From: Candidatus Omnitrophota bacterium
GTDB taxonomy: Bacteria > Omnitrophota > Gorgyraeia > B26-G9
Reading direction: 5' to 3'
Assembly (NCBI GenBank): GCA_018817585.1
Contig: JAHITE010000081.1
Span: 68,549 to 132,548, forward strand
DNA length: 64,000 nucleotides
Each line of letters begins with the position of its first letter. The first letter of the stretch is position 1. Under the pieces are notes generated by a model, which saw nothing but the letters and a program-made list of their open reading frames with translations, had not been told where the DNA came from and searched no databases. A program made the position numbers and the translations under genes. Of the stretch, positions 50,039 to 59,581 are shown piece after piece.

Positions 50039-50668
50039 TTAAGCAATAATCTGCCCAATACCGGCAATAGCAGTAACTGATTTTTCCGGCACAAGCAGAA
50101 AACTATCCGTAATTTCCACTCCCAACTGCTTCATGTTTAAAACATCAAAAATCAGTTTTTGGTTTTCTATACCAAAATCACCGTAGCCCGCGGAAAAGCG
50201 GCGTTTGGTCAAAGTTTTATTTTGCCTGCGCATTGTATTATTATAATAATTAACCAGCCAATCCAAAGCAGCGTCAGTCATTTCACTGGCCACAGCATCA
50301 AATACCACCGCCTGAGTCATATCCCCGTGATTTTCGGAGTTTTTGCTGATCGCCTGAGTGATTGCTTGTCCGCTGGTTGCCCCCATGAATAATGCCTGAC
50401 TAGAATTTAGCAATAATTTAGCCAATGAATTGCTCTTAACCATAAGCTCATTCGAAAAGCTGATTTTTGACTGATTAATTTGTTTAATATCTAAAACCAT
50501 GGCCAGGCCTTTTAACTCAATCAAGGCTTCAGCCTGAGCAATATAATCATTAATTTGTTTTTGCTGTTTATCCGATAGCCAGGTTTTATTATTCACATAA
50601 CCCAAGCGGCTGTATATCTGCCGCACAGGCAGTTCAACAATAATTGGTTCAAATTTTTCAGCTAACAT
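50039..50668 (-). CDS. stand-alone methionine synthase activation-domain protein
   Basis: DAVASE, RRFSAGYGD, LVPEKSVTAIAG; directly upstream of metH. Confidence 0.88.
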   Translation of the reverse strand: MLAEKFEPIIVELPVRQIYSRLGYVNNKTWLSDKQQKQINDYIAQAEALIELKGLAMVLDIKQINQSKISFSNELMVKSNSLAKLLLNSSQALFMGATSGQAITQAISKNSENHGDMTQAVVFDAVASEMTDAALDWLVNYYNNTMRRQNKTLTKRRFSAGYGDFGIENQKLIFDVLNMKQLGVEITDSFLLVPEKSVTAIAGIGQIIA

Positions 50669-50711
50669 TACAACCTTATGATTAATCTTATATTTATATC
50701 AGGAAAAAGTT

Positions 50712-52016
50712 TTAAGCCGCGATTGGTTTAGCAATCAGCTGTTTTAACAGCTCTGAATTAAAATCCTGATCAATTAAATCATCTTTAACCTGACTGATAT
50801 CAGTTTGCTGCTCAATCAGCTGGCTAAAAATATCACGCTCTTGCGTATTCCCCACAGCAACAAAGCCGACAATTTTTAAACCGCATAAAATAATTTTTTT
50901 ATAAACATTTGTTTCTTCGTCAACAAACGACAATTCCTCAAATGCCGGATCATCTGGTTTTCGGGTAATCCCTAAACACACCGCGGCTAAATCAAATATC
51001 TGACTTTCCGCGACATTAATCCTCTGCGGCTCATAAACTGCTTTCAATTCATCTTTTTTCTCAAGAAAAGCCACAGCATTAGCTGCCGCGATCTTACCCT
51101 GAGCTTCGGCCTTAAACCAGGAATTAGCTTGATCAATTAACCCCAGGGTTTTATCTGATACTTCCAAAACATCGCCGGCAGCAAAAATATTAGGAATTTT
51201 AGTCTGCAAAAAAACATCCACAGCCAGCCCTTGTTTTATTGCCTCGGGATCAAAACCCGATTCATCGAGAAACTTGGTATTTGGCAGAAAATTTGTATTC
51301 ACAATTAAAATATCACAGGCAATTACTTTACCATTATCCAGTTTAATTGCCTTTACATCACTGTCGCCAAAAATATCCACAATATTTTTTTCCGCGATTA
51401 ATTCTATTTCCTGTTGCGCTAATCGGTTTTTCAAAAATTCCTCGCCGTTTTCATCCAGGATCTCCGGCATAAGCTTATCGCCTGAAATAATGACTTTAAC
51501 TTCCATTCTTTTCTTTTTTAAAGCCGCTGCTGCCTGTAAACCTGCAAGTCCTCCGCCCCAAATACATACTGTATGCGAAATCGGCATCAGCTGAATAATA
51601 TCATTTAAATCACTGATACTGCGAAAACCAATAACTCCGTGTTTGGCCGCGCCTTTTACGCATTTAGGCACCGACATACTCATGCCGCTGGCAACAATCA
51701 AAGCATCATAAACCAAACGGGTTTTATCAATAAACGTCACCCAGTTTTTATTCGTGTTTATTTTTTCTACTTTTTTGCCGGATATAAACTGAATATTTTT
51801 TTGTTCATAAAACTTCTCATCCGCAAATACAATATCCCTGAATTTCAGATTATTTTCCAAAACTCCGGCCAGCAGATTCCGGGAATAAGCTCCGGCTTTT
51901 TCATCACTGATCACGCTGATTTTTAATGATGAATCAAGTTCCCGGGCGGTTATCGCGGCCTTATGTCCGGCTGCTGAATTTCCAATAATAATCAAATGTT
52001 TCATTTTATTCTCCAT
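50712..52016 (-). CDS. NAD(P)/FAD-dependent oxidoreductase (NasB/rubredoxin reductase-like)
   Basis: IIGNSAAG, YDALIVASG, WGGGLAG, TKIPNIFAAGDV, VYKKII. Confidence 0.88.
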   Translation of the reverse strand: MENKMKHLIIIGNSAAGHKAAITARELDSSLKISVISDEKAGAYSRNLLAGVLENNLKFRDIVFADEKFYEQKNIQFISGKKVEKINTNKNWVTFIDKTRLVYDALIVASGMSMSVPKCVKGAAKHGVIGFRSISDLNDIIQLMPISHTVCIWGGGLAGLQAAAALKKKRMEVKVIISGDKLMPEILDENGEEFLKNRLAQQEIELIAEKNIVDIFGDSDVKAIKLDNGKVIACDILIVNTNFLPNTKFLDESGFDPEAIKQGLAVDVFLQTKIPNIFAAGDVLEVSDKTLGLIDQANSWFKAEAQGKIAAANAVAFLEKKDELKAVYEPQRINVAESQIFDLAAVCLGITRKPDDPAFEELSFVDEETNVYKKIILCGLKIVGFVAVGNTQERDIFSQLIEQQTDISQVKDDLIDQDFNSELLKQLIAKPIAA

Positions 52017-52875
52017 CTAAATTTAATTGCGCTTTAGCTGCCTGGGTCACATTCTGCATCAGCAAAGCTACGGTCACTGGCCCCACACCGCCAGGAACCG
52101 GAGTGATAAAACTGGCTTTTTTCTCAGCCGGCTCAAATTCCACATCTCCGACAATTTTCTGTTCAATACAATTTATTCCCACATCAATCACAATTGCCCC
52201 GGGTTTTATCCAATCACCTTTGATTAAATTCGGTTTACCCACAGCCACAATCAGGATTTCCGCGCGTTTAACATGCTCGGCTAAAACGCCCCGTTTACCT
52301 GTAGCAATGTGACAGACCGTGGTAGTAACCAGTTCATTTAACAGCATCACGGCCAATGGCTTACCCACTATCTCACTGTGTCCGACAACAACTGCTTCTT
52401 TACCGTATAAATCAATGTTCAGGCTTTTTAATAATTCCATAACCGCGCAGGCAGTGCACGGGGCAAAGCCTTTGCGCTTTAAAATAATATTGCCTAAATT
52501 CTCCGGATGCACACCTTCCACATCTTTAGCGGGATTTAAACTGCCTCTGATTTCATTGGGATCAAGCTGCGCAGGTAATGGCAGCTGGAGAATAATTCCG
52601 TTTATTTTCGGATCATCATTCAGCTGCTTAATTAAAGCAATTAATTCCTGCTTCGTAGTTTGTTTGGGTAAACTTTTAACCAGATAACCAATATTCAATC
52701 TTTGGGCAACTTTACCCTGAAAATCCAGATAAAGTGTTGATTCTTTATCATCACCGACTTGAATCGCGCAAAGCACTGGCTGAACATTATATCTCTCACG
52801 CAGTTGAGCCACTTCCCGGCTTACCTGCTGATTAATCTGTTCAGCAATTGTTTTCCCTAGTAATAAATTTGCCAT
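52006..52875 (-). CDS. folD: methylenetetrahydrofolate dehydrogenase FolD (YxxxQ variant)
   Basis: GIILQLPLP, KDVEG, PCT, GHSEIVGKP, DVGIN, TPVPGGVGP. Confidence 0.95.
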   Translation of the reverse strand: MANLLLGKTIAEQINQQVSREVAQLRERYNVQPVLCAIQVGDDKESTLYLDFQGKVAQRLNIGYLVKSLPKQTTKQELIALIKQLNDDPKINGIILQLPLPAQLDPNEIRGSLNPAKDVEGVHPENLGNIILKRKGFAPCTACAVMELLKSLNIDLYGKEAVVVGHSEIVGKPLAVMLLNELVTTTVCHIATGKRGVLAEHVKRAEILIVAVGKPNLIKGDWIKPGAIVIDVGINCIEQKIVGDVEFEPAEKKASFITPVPGGVGPVTVALLMQNVTQAAKAQLNLDGE

Positions 52876-52881
52876 AATATT

Positions 52882-53481
52882 TTACAAACACCCTTCAACT
52901 TTTTTCACAATTTGTTTTTCGATTCTTAAAATATTATTCAGCATTTTTTTCATATCCGCTTTTTTCTTAGCCGCAAACTTTTTGTCTTTAATATACTTTA
53001 GATTTATTTTCACATTAAGTTCCGCGGATTTATACGCGGCAACTAACAGATAAATCGCGCCGCCGGTATCAGAAATCAAGTGCGTATTTCCAATTTTCGC
53101 GATTATCTGGGCTAATTTAACTGCCTTAAAACAAAGCTGGCAAATCTCAAACGGCACTTCTGCCGCGTCTTTAAAGCATTTCTGAGTAATATCAAATCTT
53201 TTCCCAGCTTCTTTAGGCAATTTTAAAGCATCCTGCAGCTTTAAAAACACAACCACATCCCGGTCAATCAAAACCTGAATCTTATTTTTAAGCTGTTCAT
53301 TTTTAGTCAGCAGCTGCTGGAGCTGTGCTTGGAGTTTTTCATCATGGGTAAAGTTAGCAACCATTGATACTAAGGCCATGCCCAATATCCCGGTTAAGGC
53401 TGAAGCACTGCCGCCGCCTGGAACAGAGTTTTTTGAAGCTAAATCATCAATATAGTTTTTAAGATCTTTTTTTATATACAT
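52882..53481 (-). CDS. fchA: cyclodeaminase/cyclohydrolase family protein (FTCD_C, FchA-like)
   Basis: PGGGSASA, MVANFT, AAEVP, GNTHLISD, LNVKINL; adjacent to folD. Confidence 0.85.
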   Translation of the reverse strand: MYIKKDLKNYIDDLASKNSVPGGGSASALTGILGMALVSMVANFTHDEKLQAQLQQLLTKNEQLKNKIQVLIDRDVVVFLKLQDALKLPKEAGKRFDITQKCFKDAAEVPFEICQLCFKAVKLAQIIAKIGNTHLISDTGGAIYLLVAAYKSAELNVKINLKYIKDKKFAAKKKADMKKMLNNILRIEKQIVKKVEGCL

Positions 53482-53574
53482 GGTTACCTTTCATTAGGTT
53501 AGGTATTTATTTTACCTGTTTTACCCTCTACAGTCAAGGCAGGAAAAAAAGCAGTTAAACAAGCGCCTTTAAGC

Positions 53575-55608
53575 CTAATTATTCAAGCCTTGGGCTGATA
53601 CTAGTGATTGATTTAATATTCCAGGCAAAATAATTTCCGCGACTTTATCTGCCACAATCTTATAGCCTTTTGGCGTACAATGGCCGTCAGCCAAAAAATA
53701 ATCTTTATAATTATCAGGAGTGATTATGGAGAAAAAACTTTCTCTAAAATCAATAAACGGAATACTCTCTGCTTCCACTGTTTTCGCGACTCTTGGATAA
53801 AACGAAAGCGGATAACTTAGAAATAGTATCTTTAATTTCCTTTGTTTCGCTGAAGCACACATTTGTTTTATCCGCTGGCTAACAATACTGCTGATTTTTG
53901 CTAATCTTTGGGCAACAAAAGCTTCATAATTAGCAGGATTTTTTCCAAAAAGAGCGGCATAGTCTTTATCTTGCGATAAGATATCTTCAACCTGCTGATC
54001 ATATCTTTTTTCCCGAACATAGATACCCAAGGCAATTTCCGGGGCTTCAACCACATTATTACCAGGATCATCAGCCAGAATTTCACCCTTATCTCTATCT
54101 AAAGCAGTATTTATTTGCGCAAATAAACCTGCATTGTTATTTGGAAAAACATAATCTTTTGTCAATCCCATGTCAATAAACTCATTAGCCATTATTATTC
54201 CGTCAACTGCCTGCTGATTATTTGGATTTAATTCTAAAACTTTTTCAAAACTTGCTATAACTTGTTTATAATCTTGAACTATTTTATATTGCCGGGCTAA
54301 ACGCAAGTAAATATCAATATTATTTGGGTATTTGACAGATAAAGCTTGATAAAACTCTATAGCATTTTCCGGAAAAGGCCAGGCAATAAATAATTCATCC
54401 AGCTCTTCCCATACTTCAGCGCTAAATCCATACAAATAAATAGTTTTAGTCAGCAGTAATAAATTATCTTCAAAAAGAGATATTGTTCTGCAAATTTTTG
54501 AAAGATCAATCATTTCCAGCATGAATTTATTATCATGCTCTAGTTGCTCTTTATTCAGATAAACTGAACGAATATACTCACTGATATTTGCTTTGCTCTT
54601 TTCCAATGGGTCTTTTTTAGATTCAAGATTTTCTCTTTTTGCTAATTTTTTATTATAAACCATTAATTCTTGGGTAATACGCTGACCATTAGGCTGGATT
54701 TTTAAAGCGCTATCATAATATAGTTTTGCCTCTTCAAATCTATTATTATCACGACTCTCATTGCCCATTTTTATTAAGTCATAATAATAAGCTTTATCAA
54801 AGCCTCCCAACTGATCAACTTCTTTCAATATTTTGTTGATATTATACTTTTTCAACTCATCTCTTAATACAGTTAAGGCCTTTTTATGATAGCGCAATAA
54901 TTCTTTAGAAATAAGCCCATCGTCAGGATTGATTTTTAAAGCGCAATCATAGTATAGTTTTGCTTCTTCAAACTTATACATATCCCGATATTGATTACCC
55001 ATCATCACCGCCTGATAATAATATGAATTGTTTAAACCTCCATTTTCCTCAATTAAGCTCAGCATTTTGCTGATATTATCTTTATTTGCTTTAATTTCCA
55101 GAAAACTCATTTCCGGGTTTTCTTTAAAAGCGGTTTTGACAATTTTAAACATCCGAGCTGTGCGCAGTGAACAAATAAATAAGTAAAGCTTATCCATGAT
55201 TGTTGTCGGCTCTGATATAAATCCGCTAAAATTCCATTCATCATTAGTCCCAATCAGAACCAAAACAATATTCGGCTGATAATTATCCATAAAAGCATCA
55301 AACCGGTTAGCCAGCATAGGCGTATTCATCCCTGGCCTGCCGGCATTGATCACTTCAACCTTATCCTTGCCCAGCTTTTCTTTAAGCAATGATTCTAATT
55401 GCGCGGGGTAAGCTTGATCTCTTTCCACGCCCAAGCCATAGGTATATGAATCACCTAAGCAAAGGATTTTAAGTTTGCCATTCTTCGAAAATGACTCTTG
55501 TTTAAGATTGCGCTGCGCGATCCAAGCCGCAAACCGCAATCCTGTTTCTAGGATCACAAGTGATAAAATTAAGCCGAAGATTATTAGTAGAGGTTTTTTA
55601 AGGGGCAT
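53575..55608 (-). CDS. SGNH/GDSL hydrolase with large TPR insertion
   Basis: N-terminal TM, CLGDSYTYG, NAGRPG, GTND, TPR repeats, C-terminal DGH. Confidence 0.85.
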   Translation of the reverse strand: MPLKKPLLIIFGLILSLVILETGLRFAAWIAQRNLKQESFSKNGKLKILCLGDSYTYGLGVERDQAYPAQLESLLKEKLGKDKVEVINAGRPGMNTPMLANRFDAFMDNYQPNIVLVLIGTNDEWNFSGFISEPTTIMDKLYLFICSLRTARMFKIVKTAFKENPEMSFLEIKANKDNISKMLSLIEENGGLNNSYYYQAVMMGNQYRDMYKFEEAKLYYDCALKINPDDGLISKELLRYHKKALTVLRDELKKYNINKILKEVDQLGGFDKAYYYDLIKMGNESRDNNRFEEAKLYYDSALKIQPNGQRITQELMVYNKKLAKRENLESKKDPLEKSKANISEYIRSVYLNKEQLEHDNKFMLEMIDLSKICRTISLFEDNLLLLTKTIYLYGFSAEVWEELDELFIAWPFPENAIEFYQALSVKYPNNIDIYLRLARQYKIVQDYKQVIASFEKVLELNPNNQQAVDGIIMANEFIDMGLTKDYVFPNNNAGLFAQINTALDRDKGEILADDPGNNVVEAPEIALGIYVREKRYDQQVEDILSQDKDYAALFGKNPANYEAFVAQRLAKISSIVSQRIKQMCASAKQRKLKILFLSYPLSFYPRVAKTVEAESIPFIDFRESFFSIITPDNYKDYFLADGHCTPKGYKIVADKVAEIILPGILNQSLVSAQGLNN

Positions 55609-55640
55609 CAGTTCTTAGAGAAACAGTTGTTTACTATTAG

Positions 55641-56150
55641 TTATCTAATTGATAAATCATTATACAATTTATCAAAAATTAAAAATGTTTTTTCAAATCC
55701 CTGATCAAGACTTGTTGCTGTCTGCAACACTGAGAAAACTTCCTGTTTAAGCTCAACTATTTTTGAGTTTGCTTCTTGCGACCAGTAATTAATTTCTATT
55801 TCATGAATAATCTTACCAATTGCTCTTACCCTTGGATCAGTAATTTTATATTTATTTACTACTGTCTCAAAGGCGCAAAATACAGCTGTTCTTCTAAACT
55901 CAGCATCCGGAGTATCAAAAGCAATGCCCTCGCTAATAATCTCACCTTTGGGATAGAATTTAAACTCCGCGCTTTTGTCCACAAAATTCTTAATCAGCCA
56001 GGCAGTAGCGCAGGTATCAACTTCTAATGTATCCCAGGTTGAATATACCTGAGCTTTAGCCTGGGCAAAAACACTTGTTGCCAAAAGCAATAAACATATA
56101 CAGCCAATAGTTATATTGCTAAGCAGTTTATTGATTTTAAAGTGAATCAT
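55641..56150 (-). CDS. exported ChrB C-terminal-domain (chromate resistance family) protein
   Basis: Signal peptide ending VFA; DTCATAWLIKNFVD, AFDTPDAEF, CAFE, DP..RAIGKIIHEIEI. Confidence 0.75.
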   Translation of the reverse strand: MIHFKINKLLSNITIGCICLLLLATSVFAQAKAQVYSTWDTLEVDTCATAWLIKNFVDKSAEFKFYPKGEIISEGIAFDTPDAEFRRTAVFCAFETVVNKYKITDPRVRAIGKIIHEIEINYWSQEANSKIVELKQEVFSVLQTATSLDQGFEKTFLIFDKLYNDLSIR

Positions 56151-56152
56151 TT

Positions 56153-56842
56153 TTATTTTACTCCCATAAATTTTTTCACAAACAGGTTATTGGGATTATT
56201 CCGAATTTCTATAAGGCTGCCTTTTTGTTCAATCTTACCTTGATGCAGTAAAATTACCTGCTGCGCGATTTGAGCGGCTTCCGCTTGATCATGCGTAACA
56301 TAAATCATGGTTATCCACATTTTTTTCTGCAAATCAAGAATCAATTTTATTAAATTATCTTTTAATAAAGGATCAATACTGCTCAGCGGTTCATCAAGCA
56401 AAAGTATTTTAGGATTAAAAATTAAACTTCTCGCCAAAGCCAGCCTTTGCTTTTCTCCTCCGGAAAGCTGCTGAGGGTAAGCCTTTGCTTTATCCTCCAA
56501 GCCAACAGCACTAAGCATCTCAGTTATTTTAGTTTTGTTTTGCTTATTTAAGCAAAAAGCCAGATTTTCCCAAACACTCATATGCGGCCATAAAGCCAGG
56601 TCCTGAAACACCATGCTTACTCCCCGTTTTGCCGGAACCACATTGTTCATGTTTTTCTTATCAAAAAATATCTGCCCCTGATCCAAGATTTCCAAACCAG
56701 CTATCAATCTAAGAACAGTTGTCTTGCCGCTGCCGGATGGGCCGAGAATAACTAATTTGTCAGCCTTTTTAACTGAAAAAGAAATATCCCGCAGAATTTT
56801 ATTTTTACCTAAAGATTTACTGATGTTCCTTAATTCAATCAT
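56153..56842 (-). CDS. ABC transporter ATP-binding protein (Fe3+/polyamine type, short form)
   Basis: GPSGSGKTT, VFQDLALWPH, LSGGEKQR, LLLDEP, VTHDQ. Confidence 0.93.
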   Translation of the reverse strand: MIELRNISKSLGKNKILRDISFSVKKADKLVILGPSGSGKTTVLRLIAGLEILDQGQIFFDKKNMNNVVPAKRGVSMVFQDLALWPHMSVWENLAFCLNKQNKTKITEMLSAVGLEDKAKAYPQQLSGGEKQRLALARSLIFNPKILLLDEPLSSIDPLLKDNLIKLILDLQKKMWITMIYVTHDQAEAAQIAQQVILLHQGKIEQKGSLIEIRNNPNNLFVKKFMGVK

Positions 56843-58404
56843 ATTGCTCCATTGCTTAAAAGTTTATGCTTATATTTATTATACAACAAATATACTATTA
56901 AAATCGGCAGCATGATAATTAAAACTAAAATCACGGATAAGCCGCAGACAAGTTTATGCGCGCCATAATGCATTAATGTATATATCCGGATAGGCAATGT
57001 CGCCTCACCTGCCGGGATAACCAATAATGTCACTCCCAGTTCTCCCATGCACAGGGCAAAGCACAAAACCCAGCTGGCTAAAATTCCCGGCCAGGCCAAA
57101 GGCAATAAAATAAAGCGCAGCCTTTTGCTCCATGACTGGCAGGCAAGTTCCGCTGATTCTTCTAAATTGCGATGAATCTGAGAGATATTGGCGCTGATCG
57201 CCCTGATCGCGAAAGCCGAAAACCGGGCAGTATAGCCAAAAACCAAAACTAAAAATGTATGATAAATGATTGTTGTAGAAGGTCTATTCCAGAAACGAAT
57301 CATTGCCACACCAAAAATCGCTGAAGGAATAGCAAAGGGAATCATCGAACACAGATCAATAAACAAGCGAGTCTTCTTGCCTGCTCTGGCTAACGCGTAT
57401 CCTAAAGGAAAGCTAATCAAACAAATAAAAGTTGCTGATACAAAAGAGAACAGCAAACTATTCCGGATCTGCGGCCAGGCTGTTTTAAATGCTATTGCAT
57501 AAGTTGCCAGATTACCCGCGCCAATAATCAATATAAGCATCGGCAATCCCATTGATAAACTAAAAACCAAAGCGCAAAATAATCCTGCTGCGATTTTCCC
57601 CTTACCCAGCTTAAACAGCATTTTTTGTTTGTTTCGCGCTTTTAAACTTATATATGATTTATTGGCCATGAGATATCTCTGAACAAATACCAACAACAGG
57701 CAAACAGCAACCAAAGGCAAAGCTAATATCACTGCCTTAGCAGTATCATAAAACGCGCTGAACTGGACAAATATCTCAACCGGATAAGTATTGACTCTAA
57801 GCATATCCGGAACAGCATAATTAGACAAGCTAAAAACAAATACCAGAATCGCGCCAGAAGCAATATAAGCCGAGGCCAAAGGCAAAGTTATTTTACGAAT
57901 TACATGACGCTTAGAATGAATCAAAGCCGCGGCTTCTTCTAATTTACTATCAACTGAATTTAATCCGGTTAAAGTCAAAAGCATAATAAACGGAAAATAT
58001 GCTAATCCCAATACAAAGCCGACGCCGATCCAGCTGTAGAAAAAAATATTGCCGGCAAAGCCGCAGATATTTAGCAGTTTTATCCAGCCAATGGCAGTTA
58101 TATGCGCGGGCATAAACAAAGGGATTAATCCGGAAAAAATGAAGAATTTTTGCAATGGAATATCAGTGCGGCTGATTAAAAACCCATACCCCACACCCAA
58201 GAGCAAAGCAAAACAAACTGTACTCACTCCCACCAGCATACTGTTTTTAAACAAGCTTATCTGCCGGCTGTTTAATAAAAAAACCTGGGCAAGATTATCC
58301 ATTGAAGTAAAGGTCTCAGCCAATATCAGCAATAATGGGCCTAGCACAATAATAATAAATAAAATCGCGCAGAGAATAATTATTGGTTTGGGGATAAAAC
58401 TCAC
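56839..58404 (-). CDS. iron(III) ABC transporter permease (FbpB-like)
   Basis: Two BPD_transp_1 halves with LEEAA and LEESA EAA loops. Confidence 0.9.
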   Translation of the reverse strand: MSFIPKPIIILCAILFIIIVLGPLLLILAETFTSMDNLAQVFLLNSRQISLFKNSMLVGVSTVCFALLLGVGYGFLISRTDIPLQKFFIFSGLIPLFMPAHITAIGWIKLLNICGFAGNIFFYSWIGVGFVLGLAYFPFIMLLTLTGLNSVDSKLEEAAALIHSKRHVIRKITLPLASAYIASGAILVFVFSLSNYAVPDMLRVNTYPVEIFVQFSAFYDTAKAVILALPLVAVCLLLVFVQRYLMANKSYISLKARNKQKMLFKLGKGKIAAGLFCALVFSLSMGLPMLILIIGAGNLATYAIAFKTAWPQIRNSLLFSFVSATFICLISFPLGYALARAGKKTRLFIDLCSMIPFAIPSAIFGVAMIRFWNRPSTTIIYHTFLVLVFGYTARFSAFAIRAISANISQIHRNLEESAELACQSWSKRLRFILLPLAWPGILASWVLCFALCMGELGVTLLVIPAGEATLPIRIYTLMHYGAHKLVCGLSVILVLIIMLPILIVYLLYNKYKHKLLSNGAI

Positions 58405-59417
58405 CTTAGAAATAGTCCTGTTAGAAATTCACCTGATTGGTTTAATTTATGCGCTACTGTTTCAAAGTCAATATCCATTACTGATAGCGCGTCATAATCC
58501 GGCACATAATCTGGTTTTTTCACTTCTTTACGCAAAGGTATCTGCATACTCGAAGAAAAAGCCAGTTTTTCTTCGACTTTTCGGCTTAAGATATAATCAA
58601 TCAGCTGTTTTGCCTGTTCAGGATGCGGCGCGTTTTTAATCAGACAAACCGTATTGGGAATAAGCAAAGTTCCCAGTCCTCGATTATCAGGATATATCAT
58701 ATTCACATTCTTACCTTCACTTATTGCCACCCAGGCATCATCTGTATCAGTAAAGCCGACGGCTAATTCTCCGTCCACAACCCGGTCACGGGATTCAGAG
58801 TTGCCGGAAACCATGACAATCTGATTATCGGCTAAAGCCTGAAAATAGGCTTTGGCTTTTTCATCACCCAAAGCCACAAACAAAGCCGCGCAATGCGTGG
58901 CTGTTGTGCCAAATAAGGGATTAGCTAAAGCAACTTTTTTACTCCACTTTGGAGCAGTTAAATCAAAGATTGATCGCGGAAGCTCTGGATCTTTAACCAG
59001 ATCTTTATTATAGATTAGGACTCTGGCACGGGCGGCAAAGCCTGTCCAGAAACCCTGATTGTCTTTAAATTGGCTGGGAATATCTTTTGCCTGAGCCGAT
59101 ATATAGGAAGCTAATATACCTTTATCTTTGAGCAAAATACTCCGGGCAATCTCATTATTCCAGAACACATCAGCATTGGGATTATCTTTTTCCGCGATTA
59201 AGCGGTTTACCAATCCTGTTGTCTTTGCGGCTTCGGTATCATAAACCACTTTTACCTTTATCCCGGTTTCCTGCTCAAAATCCTGAATAATCGGTTCTGA
59301 AAATATCTGATCCAAAGCAGTGTATAATACAACTTGTTTTTTACTTTGCGCATATAGCGGCAAACAGGAAATAAACAAATACGCGCAGCCAAACAGCAAT
59401 ATCAGCAGTTTCTTCAA
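58401..59417 (-). CDS. iron(III) ABC transporter substrate-binding protein (FbpA-like)
   Basis: Signal peptide, FEQETGIKV, NRLIAEK..PNADVFW, ARARVLIYN, TDTDDA, LIPNTV. Confidence 0.88.
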   Translation of the reverse strand: MKKLLILLFGCAYLFISCLPLYAQSKKQVVLYTALDQIFSEPIIQDFEQETGIKVKVVYDTEAAKTTGLVNRLIAEKDNPNADVFWNNEIARSILLKDKGILASYISAQAKDIPSQFKDNQGFWTGFAARARVLIYNKDLVKDPELPRSIFDLTAPKWSKKVALANPLFGTTATHCAALFVALGDEKAKAYFQALADNQIVMVSGNSESRDRVVDGELAVGFTDTDDAWVAISEGKNVNMIYPDNRGLGTLLIPNTVCLIKNAPHPEQAKQLIDYILSRKVEEKLAFSSSMQIPLRKEVKKPDYVPDYDALSVMDIDFETVAHKLNQSGEFLTGLFLR

Positions 59418-59581
59418 TCCAGACTCCTAGTTTAATCAGTAAATAATATACCTAAAATTTTAAACTCTTTAATAAGGTTGTTTGACAACTTCTATAACTT
59501 GCTAAGAGTTTTAAATAATCAATATTATCTTCTTTGAGTTTTTCATTCAGCCATTTTGTAAATAGCTGCATCGCAATGCAT

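Noticed and set aside
53482-53574. Riboswitch (THF, SAM or cobalamin) ahead of the one-carbon genes
   Set aside because: The gap is under 100 bp and shows no recognisable aptamer consensus
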